Source: Eledone cirrhosa
Lineage: Eukaryota
Direction of reading: 5' to 3'
NCBI GenBank assembly: GCA_964016885.1
Contig: OZ024741.1
Coordinates: 19,654,001 to 19,718,000 of the forward strand
Length of the DNA stretch: 64,000 nucleotides
The position numbers and the translations under genes are program-made. Below the pieces are notes generated by a model. It worked only from the letters and a program-made list of their open reading frames with translations, had not been told where the DNA came from and did not search any database. Below are positions 11,840 to 29,606 of the stretch, one piece after another. How positions within the stretch are numbered: the first letter of the stretch is position 1; each line of letters opens with the position of its first letter.

Positions 11840-13262
11840 TCAAATTTGAGAACAGTTATTGGGTACGTAAAGATAGACCCTCTAACTTTGACATAACAAT
11901 GGGCTCTAACGATTCGGCGGAAATAACTGATATTGTGGGGTTATTTATCGCCTTTAGACTCCAGGAAAAATTCAGCAATCTCCACGGCGGAATATACCGC
12001 GACGATGTTCTCCTCCTAGTTAAAAACCTAAATATCCAAAAACTAGAAAACTACGCAAAGATATAAGAAAACTACTACTCGAAATAGGACTAACTATAAC
12101 ATATGAATACAACCTTAAAGTAGTTAACTTCCTGGATGTCACACTCAATTTAAACTCTGGTCTGATTAAACCGTTTCATAAATTGAATGAAAATCTCAAA
12201 TACGTAAATGTTGGGTCTAACCACCCCATCTCTATAATTAAATCTATCCCTAAAAATATTTCCCTTAGAATCTCGGGTCTATCTTCTAACATACAAGTAT
12301 TTAAGGAACACGCCGAATACTACGATAACTCCCTTAGTAAAGCAGGCCACCTCAACAAAATAGAGTATATAGATGGGGACAATCAAAACACCCAAAATAA
12401 ATCCCACATAGGTAGATATAATAACACAACACCAAACCACACTTACTACCATAGTATGCACACCAGTAAACCAACAAACAAAACTAATAGAAAGCGATGC
12501 AAAGAGTACTTATGGTATAACCCCGAATACAATAGTTCCATTAGTACAAATTTACCAGTACTCTTCTTTAAAATAATTAAGAGACATTTTCCTACATCAC
12601 ACAAATACCACAAAATCCTAAACCCTACCACTATAAGACTGTCATACTCTACAGCGTTAAACCTTGAACAACACATAAAAAAGATCAATACTAGAAGGTT
12701 AAACGAAAACACTAAAAACTTAAGTACAAAGAACACAAAAAAAACAGTAGACAATACACTACAGAACATAAACAAACCACACCTAAGTTTGTCCGCAATA
12801 CTACTCCAGAGAAAACCCAACGTACACAACTGTAACTGCACCTATCCTGACAACTGCCCCCTCGGCAATAACTGCCTGGAAAAAAATATTATTTATAAGT
12901 GTACCATTAAATCCGGAGGCAACGAGTGGTATTACGTGGGATCAACGGCAACATCGTTTAAATCTCGATTATATAGGCATTCTTACTCAATAAAACACCA
13001 GAGCCAAAGAAATGTAACAACTTTAGCAGAAAAAGCTTGGACGCTCAGGGATAGCGATCAAAAGTTTACCCTAAAATGGGAGAAATTAGCTAAAACCCAA
13101 AGCTTTTCCAGGAGCCAAAATTTCTGCAAATTGTGTAATCTTGAGATTTATTACATAATCACACACAAGAAGAAATTGCTGAATAACAGAATTGAACGAA
13201 CATTATTCTGCCGTCACCGAACTAAAACCCTTTTTTCCCACTACAAGCCGAATATTACATAA
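11840..13262 (+). pseudogene. PLE RT C-terminal half, Cys finger and GIY-YIG endonuclease
   Basis: FDITMGSNDSAE, GIYRDD, NFLDVTLNL, SNHP, CNC..CPL..C, IIY...YYVGST, CKLC, CRH; frameshift near 12060. Confidence 0.88.
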
Positions 13263-13537
13263 AAGAGGGACACCCCCCAACTATATAAACCTCAATCTAG
13301 TTAGAAAAACATAAAAACAATTTCTTCTCAACATATATATGTATATTAATAACCTCAAATTACCACTCTAATAATGGAAAGATATGCTGATGAGAATATG
13401 TGCAAAAATGCGATAATGAATGTGTCTAAAAGCGACCATAAGTATGTATATATATGTGAAAATGTATATAAATAAGTAAATATATATATATGTTTGATGT
13501 GTATAGTTAGATGTAAGTGTATTCATGTATTAAAATG

Positions 13538-13621
<84 letters not shown>

Positions 13622-14353
13622 TAGATATATATGTATATATATACACATAGACTAGAGTATGTATGTATATATGTGTGTGTCTATACGTGTGTATATAAAG
13701 ATAAGTTGAGTATGAAAATGTACACACATGAACGAGTATGTATGTACATGAATACATGTGTGTATATATATATGTATGCATGTGTATATGTATGTAAGTA
13801 TGAACATGTTACTATGTGAATGTGAGTATATGTATTTTGTAGAGGGGTGCAAATATGTTTGTGTGAGAATGGGTGGATGAAAGGATACGTACACTGGAAA
13901 GAAAAAATTTAAGTCTGAATGTTAATTAAGTGCAAACACAAAACCAACCACGCATATCTTTACTATCTCTAATCTCTCTATAGATTTAGAAAAATAACCA
14001 ATAATATATTCTATAAAAATGTCAAAACAACAGATGGGAATCTAATTACTCACTGCCACCAAAAATTCTCACTGCTATCAAAAAAACCACTCCCTCAACT
14101 ATTCTTCTAACAACTTCACCCCTCTCTCCTAATATTCTCTATAAAAACCAAACAGGTCCTCAGTAATATTATTCTGATGAAATGACAGTAAATAATAACA
14201 TTGAAATATTGATTGTCTGCATAACTAATACTTTGTAGATAGCAGCTGTTTTCAGGTTATGTAACTGTTATAGAAACACATGTCAATAAATTCCTTTCAA
14301 CTAAACTGTATCCATTCAAATCTTTATATATATATATATATATATATATAATT

Positions 14354-14689
14354 ATAAAATAACAGGAGGCTGGACTGGTGTAAATCCTTGAAAGGTTTAT
14401 TATACTATGATCATTTCAATAACCGGGTTCAGTATGAATCCGGTGATATCATCAGGTATTCGAAATATAACAAAGGAATATAACAGATAAAATCCATGGG
14501 GCTGAAAATTAGTCGGTCGTCCTCTTGTCTCTGATTTTCAGCCCCATGGAATTTATCTGTTATATTCCTTTGTTATATTTCGAATACCTGATGATATCAC
14601 CGGATTCATACGGAACCCGGTCATTGAAATGATCATAGTATAATAAACCTTTCAAGGATTTACACCAGTCCAGCCTCCTGTTATTTTAT
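14354..14689. repeat. Fold-back palindrome of a PLE-like end
   Basis: ~155-bp arms with few mismatches; loop ~14512-14530. Confidence 0.9.
14584..14641 (+). ncRNA. Hammerhead ribozyme (mirror copy ~14402-14459, minus strand)
   Basis: atac-CTGATGA-..accgg..ccggt..-GAAA-tgatca-TA-gtat. Confidence 0.78.
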
Positions 14690-14833
14690 TATAATAATTA
14701 ACTCTGTACTCGCACCACCAACTGCACAAACGAAGACAGGTGAATCTGCACTACGTTGAGTACACTCCATAATATTACATCGAGATTGACTATACGGAAT
14801 GGCCAGTTCTATCCAGTGGTGAACCAACTAACC

Positions 14834-14881
<48 letters not shown>

Positions 14882-14920
14882 AAAGAAATAGGATTTCGCT
14901 TCAAGCATAGCTTTATACAA

Positions 14921-15415
14921 TATGTATAAATATTTCGTATATCCAAGGAAATACGGTTTTAGGAAGCCGTAGCTATGCAAACACCGGGGGGGGGGGCTAA
15001 CGCCCTCTAGTGATGTCCAGCAGAAGCAAGGGGGACAACCGTCTATGCATTTCAGGCTTAACTGGCCTTCGTCAGGAAGGTCCCTCCCACCGCTTGCGAC
15101 TGCTGGACTAGAAGACAGGCAAGACTATATACATTTCTCGTCTATGAGCCAACTTATGCAGCTTCATATGCAAATGAGATTAATCACCTCATTTACACAG
15201 AGGAGAAAACTATATATTCTCGCCTGTCTTCTAGTCCAACAGTAGCAAGCGGTGGGCGGGACCGTCCTGACGATGGCCAGTTAAGCCTGAAATGCATAGA
15301 CGGTTGTCCCCTTGCTTCTGCTGGACATCACCAGAAGGCGTTAGCCCCCCGGTGTTTGCATAGCTACGGCTTCCTAAAACCGTATTTCCTTGGAGATACG
15401 AAATATTTATACATA
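14921..15415. repeat. Fold-back palindrome, ~215-bp arms
   Basis: Inverted arms ~90% identical around ~15165. Confidence 0.9.
15261..15304 (+). ncRNA. Minimal hammerhead ribozyme (mirror copy 15038-15081, minus strand)
   Basis: accgtc-CTGACGA-tggc cagttaa gcct-GAAA-tgca-TA-gacggt; perfect 6-bp stem I. Confidence 0.88.
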
Positions 15416-15419
15416 TATA

Positions 15420-15786
15420 TATATATAAAATACTGATGTCTGTGTGTCCTCATTTTTGCAAAGTCTATACAAATCCACATTTCTACTCCGATTGACTTCA
15501 AACTTGTATTTATATATTCCTTGTGGTCTAAAGATACTAACTGCCGCTTATTTTTGTGAATTTTCTGTTGTTAAAGGGGTGTTAGGCGCCGGTTATCCAT
15601 CTCCGTCGCGCTCTTATAATATCTGTCTGTATGCCTGGCTGTCTGCATAACGTCATTCTGACGTAGTATCTTCGCTACATTCACACACAGACACACGCGC
15701 GCGCGCACAGGCACATATATATACATACTTATATATACATATATATATATACACATATATACATATACACATACATATATACACAT

Positions 15787-15835
<49 letters not shown>

Positions 15836-15929
15836 TAGATATACAAACACATATACACATATGTAGATATACACATATACACATATATATATACACATAA
15901 AAATATATGTATATATACACACACATATA

Positions 15930-16017
<88 letters not shown>

Positions 16018-16522
16018 CATACATACACACCCATACATATATATATATGCATACATACACACACATATCCACACACACGCGCGCGTATGTATAAATCTTA
16101 TGCATTTCTACAGTATTTTCACCAAACTTAAGATATAGGTTGTTTATCTACTCCGGATGGTATTGGGCACTTTCATTTTTCCAGATATTGATTATAGGGC
16201 CTCCCGGCAGATAACCCCCTTCAACCACTTCCTTGGAGTCGACTGAAGCACTGCAGTGCAATGCAACAAAACGTCATAACTTCTGGAGTTCGCAACCGAT
16301 TTTCACAAAACTTGACACATGGGCTACGTTTGTTCTGCAGATGAATGTGAACTCTCAGAATTGGCACATATTGAGTAGGGGACCACTGGGGGCAGGAACC
16401 CCCTTTTGGAAAAAGCCGATGATTTTGTAAAAGTATAGTTTTCGAAGTAACACTGAAGTATTGACATAAATGGTATACATAACTGCTATTAATACCCGAG
16501 CAATGCCGGGTACCTCTGCTAG
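15420..16522 (+). mobile_element. Non-autonomous Helitron-like element (5' boundary uncertain)
   Basis: 3' hairpin cccgagcaatgccggg followed by CTAG|T; same terminus type as 50084-50428. Confidence 0.6.
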
Positions 16523-16607
<85 letters not shown>

Positions 16608-16660
16608 TTGTATGTACATATATACATATGTACATACATATACATACATATATCACCAAC

Positions 16661-16691
<31 letters not shown>

Positions 16692-16856
16692 GAAGAGCTT
16701 CTATATTAAAATATTTATACTCTGCTATGTATTGAGTACCTTACTTACTGTGGTTACCTCCAATTCAGCCCGGAATAACTTATATATATATATGTGTGTG
16801 TGTGTATATATATATATACATATATACATATATACATATATACATATATCACGAAC

Positions 16857-16909
<53 letters not shown>

Positions 16910-17314
16910 CACACACACAATTAACTATGTAGCTCTCTATTGTAATTCTTATGGCAGGATGAACAGAACAGTAACGCCTCCAACAACCTAGAGTCAACAG
17001 TTAACAGCCAACTTACAAAAATCAGATAAAAACTAAAGTTATTTACTTAAATATAAGAAAGACTGTGTTGTATGTAATACAAAAGTACATTGAAAATATT
17101 AAGTTTATTGTCTACGTATAATCTCCTCCTTTAACATGTTATATATCTCTAAATTCACAACATTGAAGTTTGCTTTCTTCCTTAACAAAGACCTTCTCAT
17201 CTTAGTTGTGTGAATCATATCTTCAGCTGTGGCCTTCCTAAAACTGAGCAGTGACGGAGACTCCATAAAATTGTTTGAAATGGTAGGAATAGCATCCAAA
17301 TGTTCTCTTTACTA

Positions 17315-17882
17315 TCTAAACTATAATAAAGTAACGAGTGCGGGACTGCGTACGGTTTATCATTTTTTTTTATCCCATTAGTAAAATAAGTTGGATTACT
17401 TTGAATAAATAATGAATGAATATTACATTATTTATCTACTAAATTTCGTGGCTGTTGATTAAATATATTTTATTGTTTATTTAAAGATTCATTTCTTTAA
17501 AATGTTCAATGTCAACACTTCCGGTTAGCGTTCGTTTAAATAAATATTCATATATTTCTGTCACTAATTTTCTCCTAATGCATTCATATACAATATCTTC
17601 TTTTTTTAATACTTGCGTATAATATCAATATACACACTACACATGCTAGCAGATATATAATATCGTCTTTTTTTAATGTATCATGGATTACGTTACTGAT
17701 TACATAAGAGAGTGTAACACAGTCTTCGTTCAATTTCTGTGTATATTGTCAATTGCGATTTTATTTGATGTTTCGTATCTACATGCATATATACTTGCAT
17801 ATATACATGCATATATACTTGCGTATAATATCAATATACACACTAGACATAACAGCAGAAAACCACCCAGAGGGTGGTTTTT
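17315..17882 (+). mobile_element. Non-autonomous Helitron, 3' end damaged
   Basis: A|TCTAAACTATAATAAAG start; homologous to 40346-40798; partial hairpin aaaaccacccagagggtggtttt. Confidence 0.7.
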
Positions 17883-17919
17883 AATAATTTTGAAAATAAT
17901 CAAGAATTTGGCAGGATTT

Positions 17920-18207
17920 AATAATATGATTAACTTTTAATATAACTAACTTTTAATATAACTAAGTTTTAATAATATAACTAACTTTTAATAATATGAC
18001 TAACTTTTGATAATATAACTAACTTTTAATATAACTAACTTTTAATATAACTAATTTTTAATAATATAACTAACTTTTAATAATATGACTAACTTTTAAT
18101 AATAGACTAACTTTTAATAACATGACTAATTTTTATTAACATAACTAACTTTTAATAATATGATTAACTTTTAATAATATAACTAACTTTTAATAATAGA
18201 CTAACTT
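17920..18207. repeat. AT-rich minisatellite (16-19 bp, taacttttaataatataac)
   Basis: ~15 tandem copies. Confidence 0.9.
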
Positions 18208-18221
18208 CCGCATTATTATTC

Positions 18222-18430
18222 TGGTGGATTGGTAGAATCGTTAGAGCGTCGGACAAAATACTTTGCGGTATTTGTTTCTGCTTTTAACGTTCTGAGTTCA
18301 AATCCCACCGATGTCAATTTTGTCTTTCACCCTTCCAGGGTCTATAAAATAAAGTACCAGTCATATACTTAGGTCTACATAATCAACATACTCCAAATTG
18401 CTGGCCTTGTGACAATGTACGAAAGAATAA
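18222..18430 (+). mobile_element. tRNA-derived SINE (family A)
   Basis: A-box-like tggtagaatcgt, B-box gagttcaaatcc, body shared with 39415-39608. Confidence 0.7.
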
Positions 18431-19607
18431 TTTAGTTGATGTGGGAAATAAAATTCAAAAATTGTTCTTACATAAATTTCAAAATTATGAAGGAAGATTT
18501 TCAAATAAATATCAACACTTTAACCCTTCGCTTATGATTTTTAATTAGTTTTCAAAATAATCAAGAATTCGGAGGGATTTACTAATTATAAACAACTTTC
18601 TCATTATTAATGTAATGTTTTGAAAATAACCTAACAAGAGTACAAGCAGAGAATTATAATGATTTCTGATCTAGGAACAAGGACAACAATTCTTTTTGGC
18701 GGGGTGTGGAGAAAAGTCGATTGACTCGACCCCAGTACGTTACTGGTATTTTCTTTTATCGACCCCGTAAAGAATTATAATGGAAGGATTTTAACATTTT
18801 AAAATAAATAGCTTAGTTTCGTAAATCCTAGGACAGTTTCGGGAAGTTTTAAACATAAATATGGAAAAAGAAAATAATGGTTATCCTAATAGAGTCTTGG
18901 ATTATGATGAGTTACACATGAAAGTAGACAATTGGTAAACAACAGCAGTGACTAAAACAATCACCAAAGATTCACAGATGAGGCTGTATAGCTTCACAAT
19001 TTCGTTTAGAATTTGAGCTTGGTTTCACTTGTTTGTGAGCTTGGTTTCACATGTTGGTGAGCTTGTACAAGAATTCTGGAGATTGCATGTATATCGGTGT
19101 ACGTGCGTGTTTGTGCGTATGTGTGTATGTGTGTACGTGTTTATGTGTTTATGTGTGTGCATGTGATTTTGTGTGTGTATGTGCGTGCGTTTGTATGAAT
19201 TTGTGTATGAATGTGTAGGTGGGTGTTTGTACAAATGCGTGTAAAGACATGAGTATGTGTGCGTGTAAGCGTATAAATATATATATATATGTGTGTGTGT
19301 GTGAGTGTGTGTATGTGAGTGTGTGTGAGTGTATGTGTGTGCGTGCATGTGCATGAGTGCTTTTGTTTGAGTTTGTATTTGACAAGCACCGTTCTTTATC
19401 ATATGTTAGGAAAACATGAGCTTGAGTTGGAAGATTCCCGAACTCCATAAAACTCTGATATCTATATACTAGGATCAGGCGTGGGTAGGTAGATAGGGAG
19501 CTTGATTTGCAAATCTGAGGTTTGTATTCACTCTCAAAACGTGACATGTCTTCAGCTTAGGTCAATATCTTGAGACTGAAACTTGGTTGGACTGATGGAG
19601 GCCCATC

Positions 19608-19657
<50 letters not shown>

Positions 19658-19739
19658 ATGTGGTTGACGACCGAGAAAAAAGTGTACTCAATAACGAAGT
19701 AATGTTTTAGTATCCATTTTATTAAGGCTAAATAATGAG

Positions 19740-19789
19740 TCTTGTTACTCTGGAATTTCGTCTATTTACCTCAGTGTCATCAGACAAGA
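19740..19789 (-). ncRNA. Hammerhead ribozyme inside an asymmetric fold-back (19714-19836)
   Basis: Minus strand tcttgt-CTGATGA-...-GAAA-ttccagag-TA-acaaga; stem II weak. Confidence 0.6.
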
Positions 19790-19833
19790 ACAGTTCTCCA
19801 GAGTAACAAGACTGACATTTTAGCCTTAATAAA

Positions 19834-19865
<32 letters not shown>

Positions 19866-20251
19866 GTGGGGATGGGAGTAAATGTAGTGGGGTGTGCAGA
19901 GATCGAAAAGAGAGACCAATAAATATGTACAAGACATCAAACATATATACGTAGACATCGACTAAAACCTTTCAAGACTTGCCCCATCACAGACACAGTA
20001 TAATGACTGAACATTGTAAAAGAATAAAAGAATATTACCTTAATCCGGGAGCCTGGCTTGATGTCACGAAATATTGGGATACATCTCAAAACATGAAACA
20101 TATCAGTACAAGCATGGCTGTATGGTTAGGGAGTTCGGCTCGTAATCACGTGGTATCGAATTTAGTCCTCCAGTGGGAAGCCTTAGGTAAATGTGTTCCT
20201 AATGATTTGAGAGTGAAGTTTAGTAGACAGAAACTGTGTGGAAGCCCATCT

Positions 20252-20286
<35 letters not shown>

Positions 20287-21343
20287 ATGTATCTATACCA
20301 CTATCCTTAAAACATTCAAATATTAACTGAATGGCCCTCAAAACTTGTGAGCCGAGTGTTGAGTTTATTTTCTGAACAGAAATGCGATAGTGACTTCGAA
20401 GTTTCAGCTAATTCTTCATCTGTATATATGTATATATATGTATATGTCCATGACAGTGTTTACGTTTGTTGTTAGTTTCTGTCCCCCGTATCCTACTGAT
20501 TCGACAATAAGAGATCAACAAAAAAAAAACACACACAGTATAAGATTTCAAAATAAAATAAACACTGTGATCGATATGATCGATTACAACTGTTCGATGC
20601 GGTGCTCCAGCATGGTCGCAGTCTAAGGACTGAAATCTAGGAAAAAGAATAAGCCAACGGATATTCCAGGGATATCAACGATAGAGAAATACAAGATGGA
20701 AGAGACGAGACAAAATCCAGCTGACTGAACTATGATAGAATAAAGAAAATATATTGAAAACATTGTATAGAGGAAGGAGTAGCTGAAGGAGGGGAAGGAT
20801 GAGGTGTTGAGTGAGAGGGAGGATGGGGAGTGGGAAGAGAGTGTAGCGGGAGAAGAAGAGAAAGGATGAAGTACATTGTATTGTATAAAAGTTGTTTTGT
20901 GTACATTTGAAAAAGAGATATATCTTGACCAATTGATTAATGCTTCTAACAAATCGATCCCAAAACACACACAGACTCACACACACACACATGCACACAC
21001 ACGCACACGCACACACACACATATATATGTACACACACATACATATATATATATATGTATATACATATATATACACACATACATATATTTATATACATAT
21101 ATACATATATTTATATATATATATATATAGAGAGAGATAAATAGATACATTTGCACATATATACATACACACTTGCACATACAGACGTACACAGACATTT
21201 AAATATATGTATAAGGGAGAGGGGCTTGCATATGTACAACAGGTGATGCATTTTCGTTCTGTAATTGCGAAGTTATATATTTATATTCTATACAGCTGTG
21301 AATCATGCCTGGACTATGAATAATTAATATTTTTGTTGTTGAT

Positions 21344-22221
<878 letters not shown>

Positions 22222-22233
22222 TACACACACACA

Positions 22234-22331
<98 letters not shown>

Positions 22332-22457
22332 GATAAATCTACCAAAATATACGGTAGTGTCCAGTCCGTATGAAGAACTCAATGTAATCCAAATATCATG
22401 AAAAGAGATGATGTATTCAAATTTTTTCGATGAAAAACACAGGAAAACAGAGTCAAG

Positions 22458-22988
<531 letters not shown>

Positions 22989-23065
22989 GGTAATATATCG
23001 TTAGTCAATGACTGACACAATTGTATGTAGAATAGAGCACCGAAAGGTCTGCTTACACCGGAATA

Positions 23066-23373
23066 TAATAATTGTTTCTACTATTGGCACAAGGCCAGTA
23101 AAACCCAGTACATTACTGGTACTTTATTTTATCGACACCGTAAGGATTAAAGGCAAAGTTAACCTCGGCGGGATTTGAACTCAGAATGGCAAGGGCCGTA
23201 ACTCTATGCGTCAAAGCACGGCGTCCGACCCTCTACCGATACTGCCAATCCACATAATAAACAGTAATATAATTGTTTCTACTATTGGCACAAGGCCAGT
23301 AAAACCCAGTACATTACTGGTACTTTATTTTATCGACCCCGTAAGGATGACAGGCAAAGTTAACCTCGGCGGG
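23066..23373 (-). mobile_element. SINE family A plus partial tandem copy
   Basis: Reverse complement of the 39415-39608 type. Confidence 0.75.
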
Positions 23374-23387
23374 ATAGTAATATAATG

Positions 23388-23724
23388 AAGTAGAAGTCAA
23401 CAGGTTAGAATTTACTTCATTTATTCACAATACAATCGCTGTTATATCTACTAACGGGATAAAATATATTCAGGACACAGTCCCGCACTTCTCTCTTTAT
23501 TATATTATTATTCCGATGATAACTGTTATGCAAGTGTTGTGACCTCATCAGACAGCTAAAAGTTGAACGGATGGTAATCTTTACTTCTCCTGCATGTTGT
23601 TCTGTTCAACTTTGAGCTGCCTGATGAGGTCACAACTGTTGCATAGAAGTTATCATTGAAATATACATAACAGCGATTGTATTGTGAATAAATGAAGTAA
23701 ATTCTAACCTGTTAACTTATACTT
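23388..23724. repeat. Diverged fold-back with hammerhead at 23616-23674 (plus strand)
   Basis: gctgc-CTGATGA-...-GAAA-tataca-TA-acagc; left arm interrupted by ~60 bp resembling the Helitron 5' end (cagtcccgcac). Confidence 0.75.
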
Positions 23725-23975
23725 GCCCCTTTATGATCTAAGTTCAAATCCCGCCGAGGTTAACATAGCTTTTCATCTTTACGGGGTCGATAAAATAAAG
23801 TACCAGTAATACACTGGAATAATTGCTGGCCTTGTGCCAAAAGTAGAAACAATTATTTTACTATTTCACATCTATTTGCCAATGGTTGTGAAGGCGCAGT
23901 TCGGCCCATCGTCGTGTCAATGATATATCGACAGATATAGAATAAGATGTGTGTATGTGTGTGTGTGATGTGCGC

Positions 23976-24051
<76 letters not shown>

Positions 24052-24323
24052 GTAAATAGAAATAACAAAACAATCCACACAGTACATTGAAGAAATATAT
24101 TAGATTAACGCTTGATATAGTAGGAAAAGAGTCTCAACGTTTCGGACACTAGTCCTTCATCAGATGATAGAAAGGAAATTAAAAAATGAAATAGAATGAT
24201 AGTGTGAAGGGGATGAAATGGAAGAAATTGAGAAAAAAACACACGTGCGTATTGAGTTAGCCATCATATGTATAAATACAGTGTGTGTCTGCATGTATGT
24301 ATGTATATATGTATATATGTGTG

Positions 24324-24650
24324 AAGGCGTATGGCTTAGTGGTTAGAGCATTGGGCTTGCAATTGAGAGGTTGTGAGTTCGATTCTCAGACCGGGTGATG
24401 CGTTGTGTCCTTAAACAAGACACTTTATTTCACATTGCTCCAGTTTACTCAGCTGTAGAAATGAGTTGTGACGTCACTGGTGTCAAGCTGTATCGGTCAT
24501 TGCTTTTCCCTTGGGACAACATCGGTGACGTGGTGAGGAGAGACTGGTATGTATGGGCGACTGGTCTTTCACAAACAACCTTGCCTGGACTTGTGCCTCG
24601 GAGGGAAACTTTTTAGGTGCAAAACCATGGCCATTCTTGACCGAGTGGGG
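24324..24650 (+). mobile_element. tRNA-derived SINE with CORE-like body (family B)
   Basis: A box tggcttagtgg, B box gttcgattc, gtgtccttaaacaagacacttt; other copies at 32130-32248 and 58755-59062. Confidence 0.8.
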
Positions 24651-24779
24651 CCAAAGCAATGTATGTATGTGTGTGTGTATCTATGTATAAATACAGTGTT
24701 TGTTATCTCTTTCTCTTAATTTCGAGTATATTTTTTTGACCGGCCACCTGGTGGCAAGGTTGTAAAAGAAAGAAATTGT

Positions 24780-26420
24780 CATCCCTTGAATCGCAAGAAT
24801 GTTTAGCAAATTTTGAAGGTGCCAGCTATCACAGCCATTTGTAGACTATGAATTAGGGAGCTGCGCTCTTTGACCGCAAATCCAAGTTCAGTCATACTTT
24901 GGTCCAAGCGGGTTGGTATATAACCCGTAGCTCCAATAATGATGGGTATGAAGCTAAAGGTGTATCTTGGATACTGGATTTGTAAACTCCTCATCAACAG
25001 TCCGTAGATGTCCTCCTTCTCCTGTATTTTTCTGACAACGTTTACATCAAGTGGGCAGCTGATCTCCACAACAGAACACGTTTTCAATGTGTGGTCCCAA
25101 ACAACAATATCAGGCCGGTTGTGCTTTAATTTGGTGGCAGTTTTTATTTTCAGGTTCCACCAGTATTCCTTAGTGCCATCTGTCTCAATATTTTCTTCCT
25201 CGTTTGTTGTTAATTTTGTTTTCCGAAGTGCGTTCCAGATGGTTCTAGCTATCCCATCGTGTCTCATGGGGAGGTAGTAGCGAGATGACATTCTTTCGCA
25301 GCTGACAACAATGTGGTTTACATCCTCGATCTTTGTTTTACATAGCCTACATTTATTGTCAGCTGATGGCCCTCCCCTTTTGTGCAGCAGATATTTGGTA
25401 GGGAGTTCTTGTTCCTGTATTGCATAGAGATATCCCTCAAGGTGTGATGTCATAAACTTGTCGGAACTCCATACCAGGCTTTTTGAGTGGTTTTTTCCCT
25501 CTATGGTTCTGATAGTGGTTTTTCCCCGCTGATAGTTCTGATGATTATATTTTCTTTACTCAACTGAGGTATTCAGTTCTGGTTCTCACCTTATTTATGG
25601 GTCCATCATATCTGGCATTCTCACCCTGTCCAAGATATCTGTAGTTGTCACCTGACTTTAGAGGTTCTATTGTCAAGCTGTTCATCTCTAGATTTCCAGA
25701 GAGGGGAACAACCCTTCAACATTTTACTGTTAAATATGCACATTTGGACTCATCAAATTTCATTCTGATGTCTGCAGAAAATTGTGTAATGAAGTCCAAT
25801 TGTTTTTTAATATAGTTGGTATTTGGTCCATACAAATTCAGGTCATCAACAAAGAAAAGATGGGAGATACTTCTGGACCCACTTCTATGACCACTTTGTT
25901 TTGTGAACAGGTATGATAGTGGGTTAAGTTAGAGGACGAAGAGCAGCACTGATAGGCTATCACCATGAAATATGCCTTTCTGGTAGTGTATTGTATCAGT
26001 CTCAATTTGCTCCTTTTCACCCCTGAGGATCAAATTGGTGTACCAGTTCTTGGTCAGACGTTCAACAGCAGCTACTAGTGGTTGTGGGACTTTGGCTAAC
26101 TGTAAAGCCTTAATAATCCAGCCATGAGGTACACTATCAAAAGCCTCCTAATAGTCCAGCCATACCACAGTCATGTTCCTGTGATTCTTTGCTGTTATTT
26201 CCTCTACCATTTTATTTGTTAGTAGGTGATCTATGCAGCCCCACACCTCCTTCTTTCCACCAGCTTGCTCAGGTGTTATGACGTTGTTGGTGGCACAATG
26301 ATCCTGTAAGAACAGATTAAGGCACCCACTGTATAATTTATAGATGATTTTCTGGCAGGCTATTGGGCAGTAATTTTTCACATGGGTGGTCTGGATATTT
26401 TTTGGGATGAGCCTCTGCAT
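24780..26420 (-). mobile_element. Degenerate R4/NeSL-type non-LTR retrotransposon (RT, CCHC finger, restriction-like endonuclease)
   Basis: NYCPIAC, EQAG, WLDY*KAFDSVPH, HLFFVDD; CRLC..HIVVSC, RHD, RPDIVVWD..VEISCP, K..KEDIY. Confidence 0.88.
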
Positions 26421-26814
26421 AAAACCAAACCAGATTGTTTGTATGCTTCATATAAATCTTCGTTGAGATTGTAGCCCCATTGTATACAATGGTTATAATT
26501 GCGATTTGGTCGAAGGACACTTATACGTTTAGCCATGATGAGTTTGTCTATTCACTAATATTTAGCATTTATTTTTCAAAATACACGATCTTCTTTAAGT
26601 TTCGACAAAGTTTTGTCAGAATTAAATTTAAAGTTGTTCACAGCTTGAGTAATATTTCCTTTCAGCTAGTTTTTAATTCTACAACTATTTTAAACATTTA
26701 TATTAAGCGTTTTCTTTTTGTTTGTTTTGTTGTTGTTGTTTCGCTTTTTTGTGAATCGTTTTGTAACGTTACTTAGTATATTTGTTTATGAATGAAATAT
26801 AACTACGCTGTATT

Positions 26815-26966
26815 TATGTTAAAATCTACATAACGTTTATATGTTAAAATCTACATAACGTTTATATGTTAAAATATACGTAACGTTTATATGTTAAAAT
26901 ATACGTAACGTTTATATGTTAAAATATACGTAACGTTTATATGTTAAAATATACGTAACGTTTATA
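26815..26966. repeat. 25-bp tandem repeat, ~6 copies
   Basis: atgttaaaatatacgtaacgtttat units. Confidence 0.9.
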
Positions 26967-27121
26967 TAAATAGATGTGTTGCAATATATTTACAGTTGAA
27001 ACACTTATGTAGAAATATTGTATATACTCTTACCTCAATATGTAGTTCAATCTTTCTAATATGTGGTATGTTGTTTTTATATAAGCTGTAATTACATACG
27101 TCCAATCATCAGACGTATTCA

Positions 27122-27480
27122 TGTATTAGCACCAAGACCAAGCTCCGCCTGTACAAGAGCATCGTGCTGCCGACAGTGCTTTGTGCGAGCGAGACCTGGA
27201 AGAGTACGGCAAAAATAGAGAGACGGCTGAACCCTTTCCACCAGCGGTGCCTGCGAAAGATCCTTCGTGTATCCTAGCGCGACTGAGTGCCCAAGGATCA
27301 AATGGCGACGGACGTTCCGTAAGGACCTGATGGTAGCCAACATCACCAGGCACGGTCTCGAAAAAGTTGCCGCTGATCGTGACCGTTGGCGAGTACTTAC
27401 TGCTCGATGCACCGAACGGCGCGGAAGAATCTGTGACTAAGACTAAGCATCGGACTGACCACAACAGTCGCCAATGGCGT
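27122..27480 (+). mobile_element. RTE-type LINE 3' fragment
   Basis: [17 protein letters not shown]...[10 protein letters not shown]. Confidence 0.7.
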
Positions 27481-27485
27481 TTATG

Positions 27486-27590
<105 letters not shown>

Positions 27591-27884
27591 GTATGTATGT
27601 TTGTATGTAAGTACATATATATGTATGTATGTAAATATCAACGTTGTTCAGAACACAGGTGGGCATGAGAAATTTATTAAATAATTGATATATTTTAAAT
27701 TTATTAATAAATACATAATCTATAGTTTATTTATAGTTTTTTTATTTATTCAAATATCATCATATAGTGAAGTAACAACCCCAAATGGAGAGGGTAGATT
27801 CTATGTGGCACTTGCTTTGCTAGAAATACCAGCGAAATCTTTCCTCACATCATAGCCTACTGTTTTTATTAAAGAAGGATATGT

Positions 27885-27921
<37 letters not shown>

Positions 27922-28074
27922 ATAATAATAAATTTGAAGACTAAAATCCAAAGAGGGCTCGATAAGGATAAATATATATCAGATATAGAACCGTAGAGCA
28001 ACCGTAGAGTTTCAGAAGATCCCGTTAAGGGTGAAAGCAGCGTTTCTTTGCTTAAACTTTAATCTGTTATTTTA

Positions 28075-29606
<1,532 letters not shown>

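Noticed and set aside
14174-14290. Hammerhead in the Naiad-like pseudo-LTR (ctgatgaaatg..cattgaaa; gaaacacgtgtc)
   Set aside because: Core words are present but no convincing stem I could be paired
17105-17299. 64-aa ORF as a host exon
   Set aside because: No recognisable motif or supported splice context; cannot be assigned
24136-24165. Hammerhead-like cores at 24136, 29715, 35775, 28010 and 59247
   Set aside because: Probably decayed ribozymes (mutated core or missing stem I); not counted as intact
24324-24395. tRNA gene
   Set aside because: A/B boxes continue into a repeated SINE body; it is a SINE head
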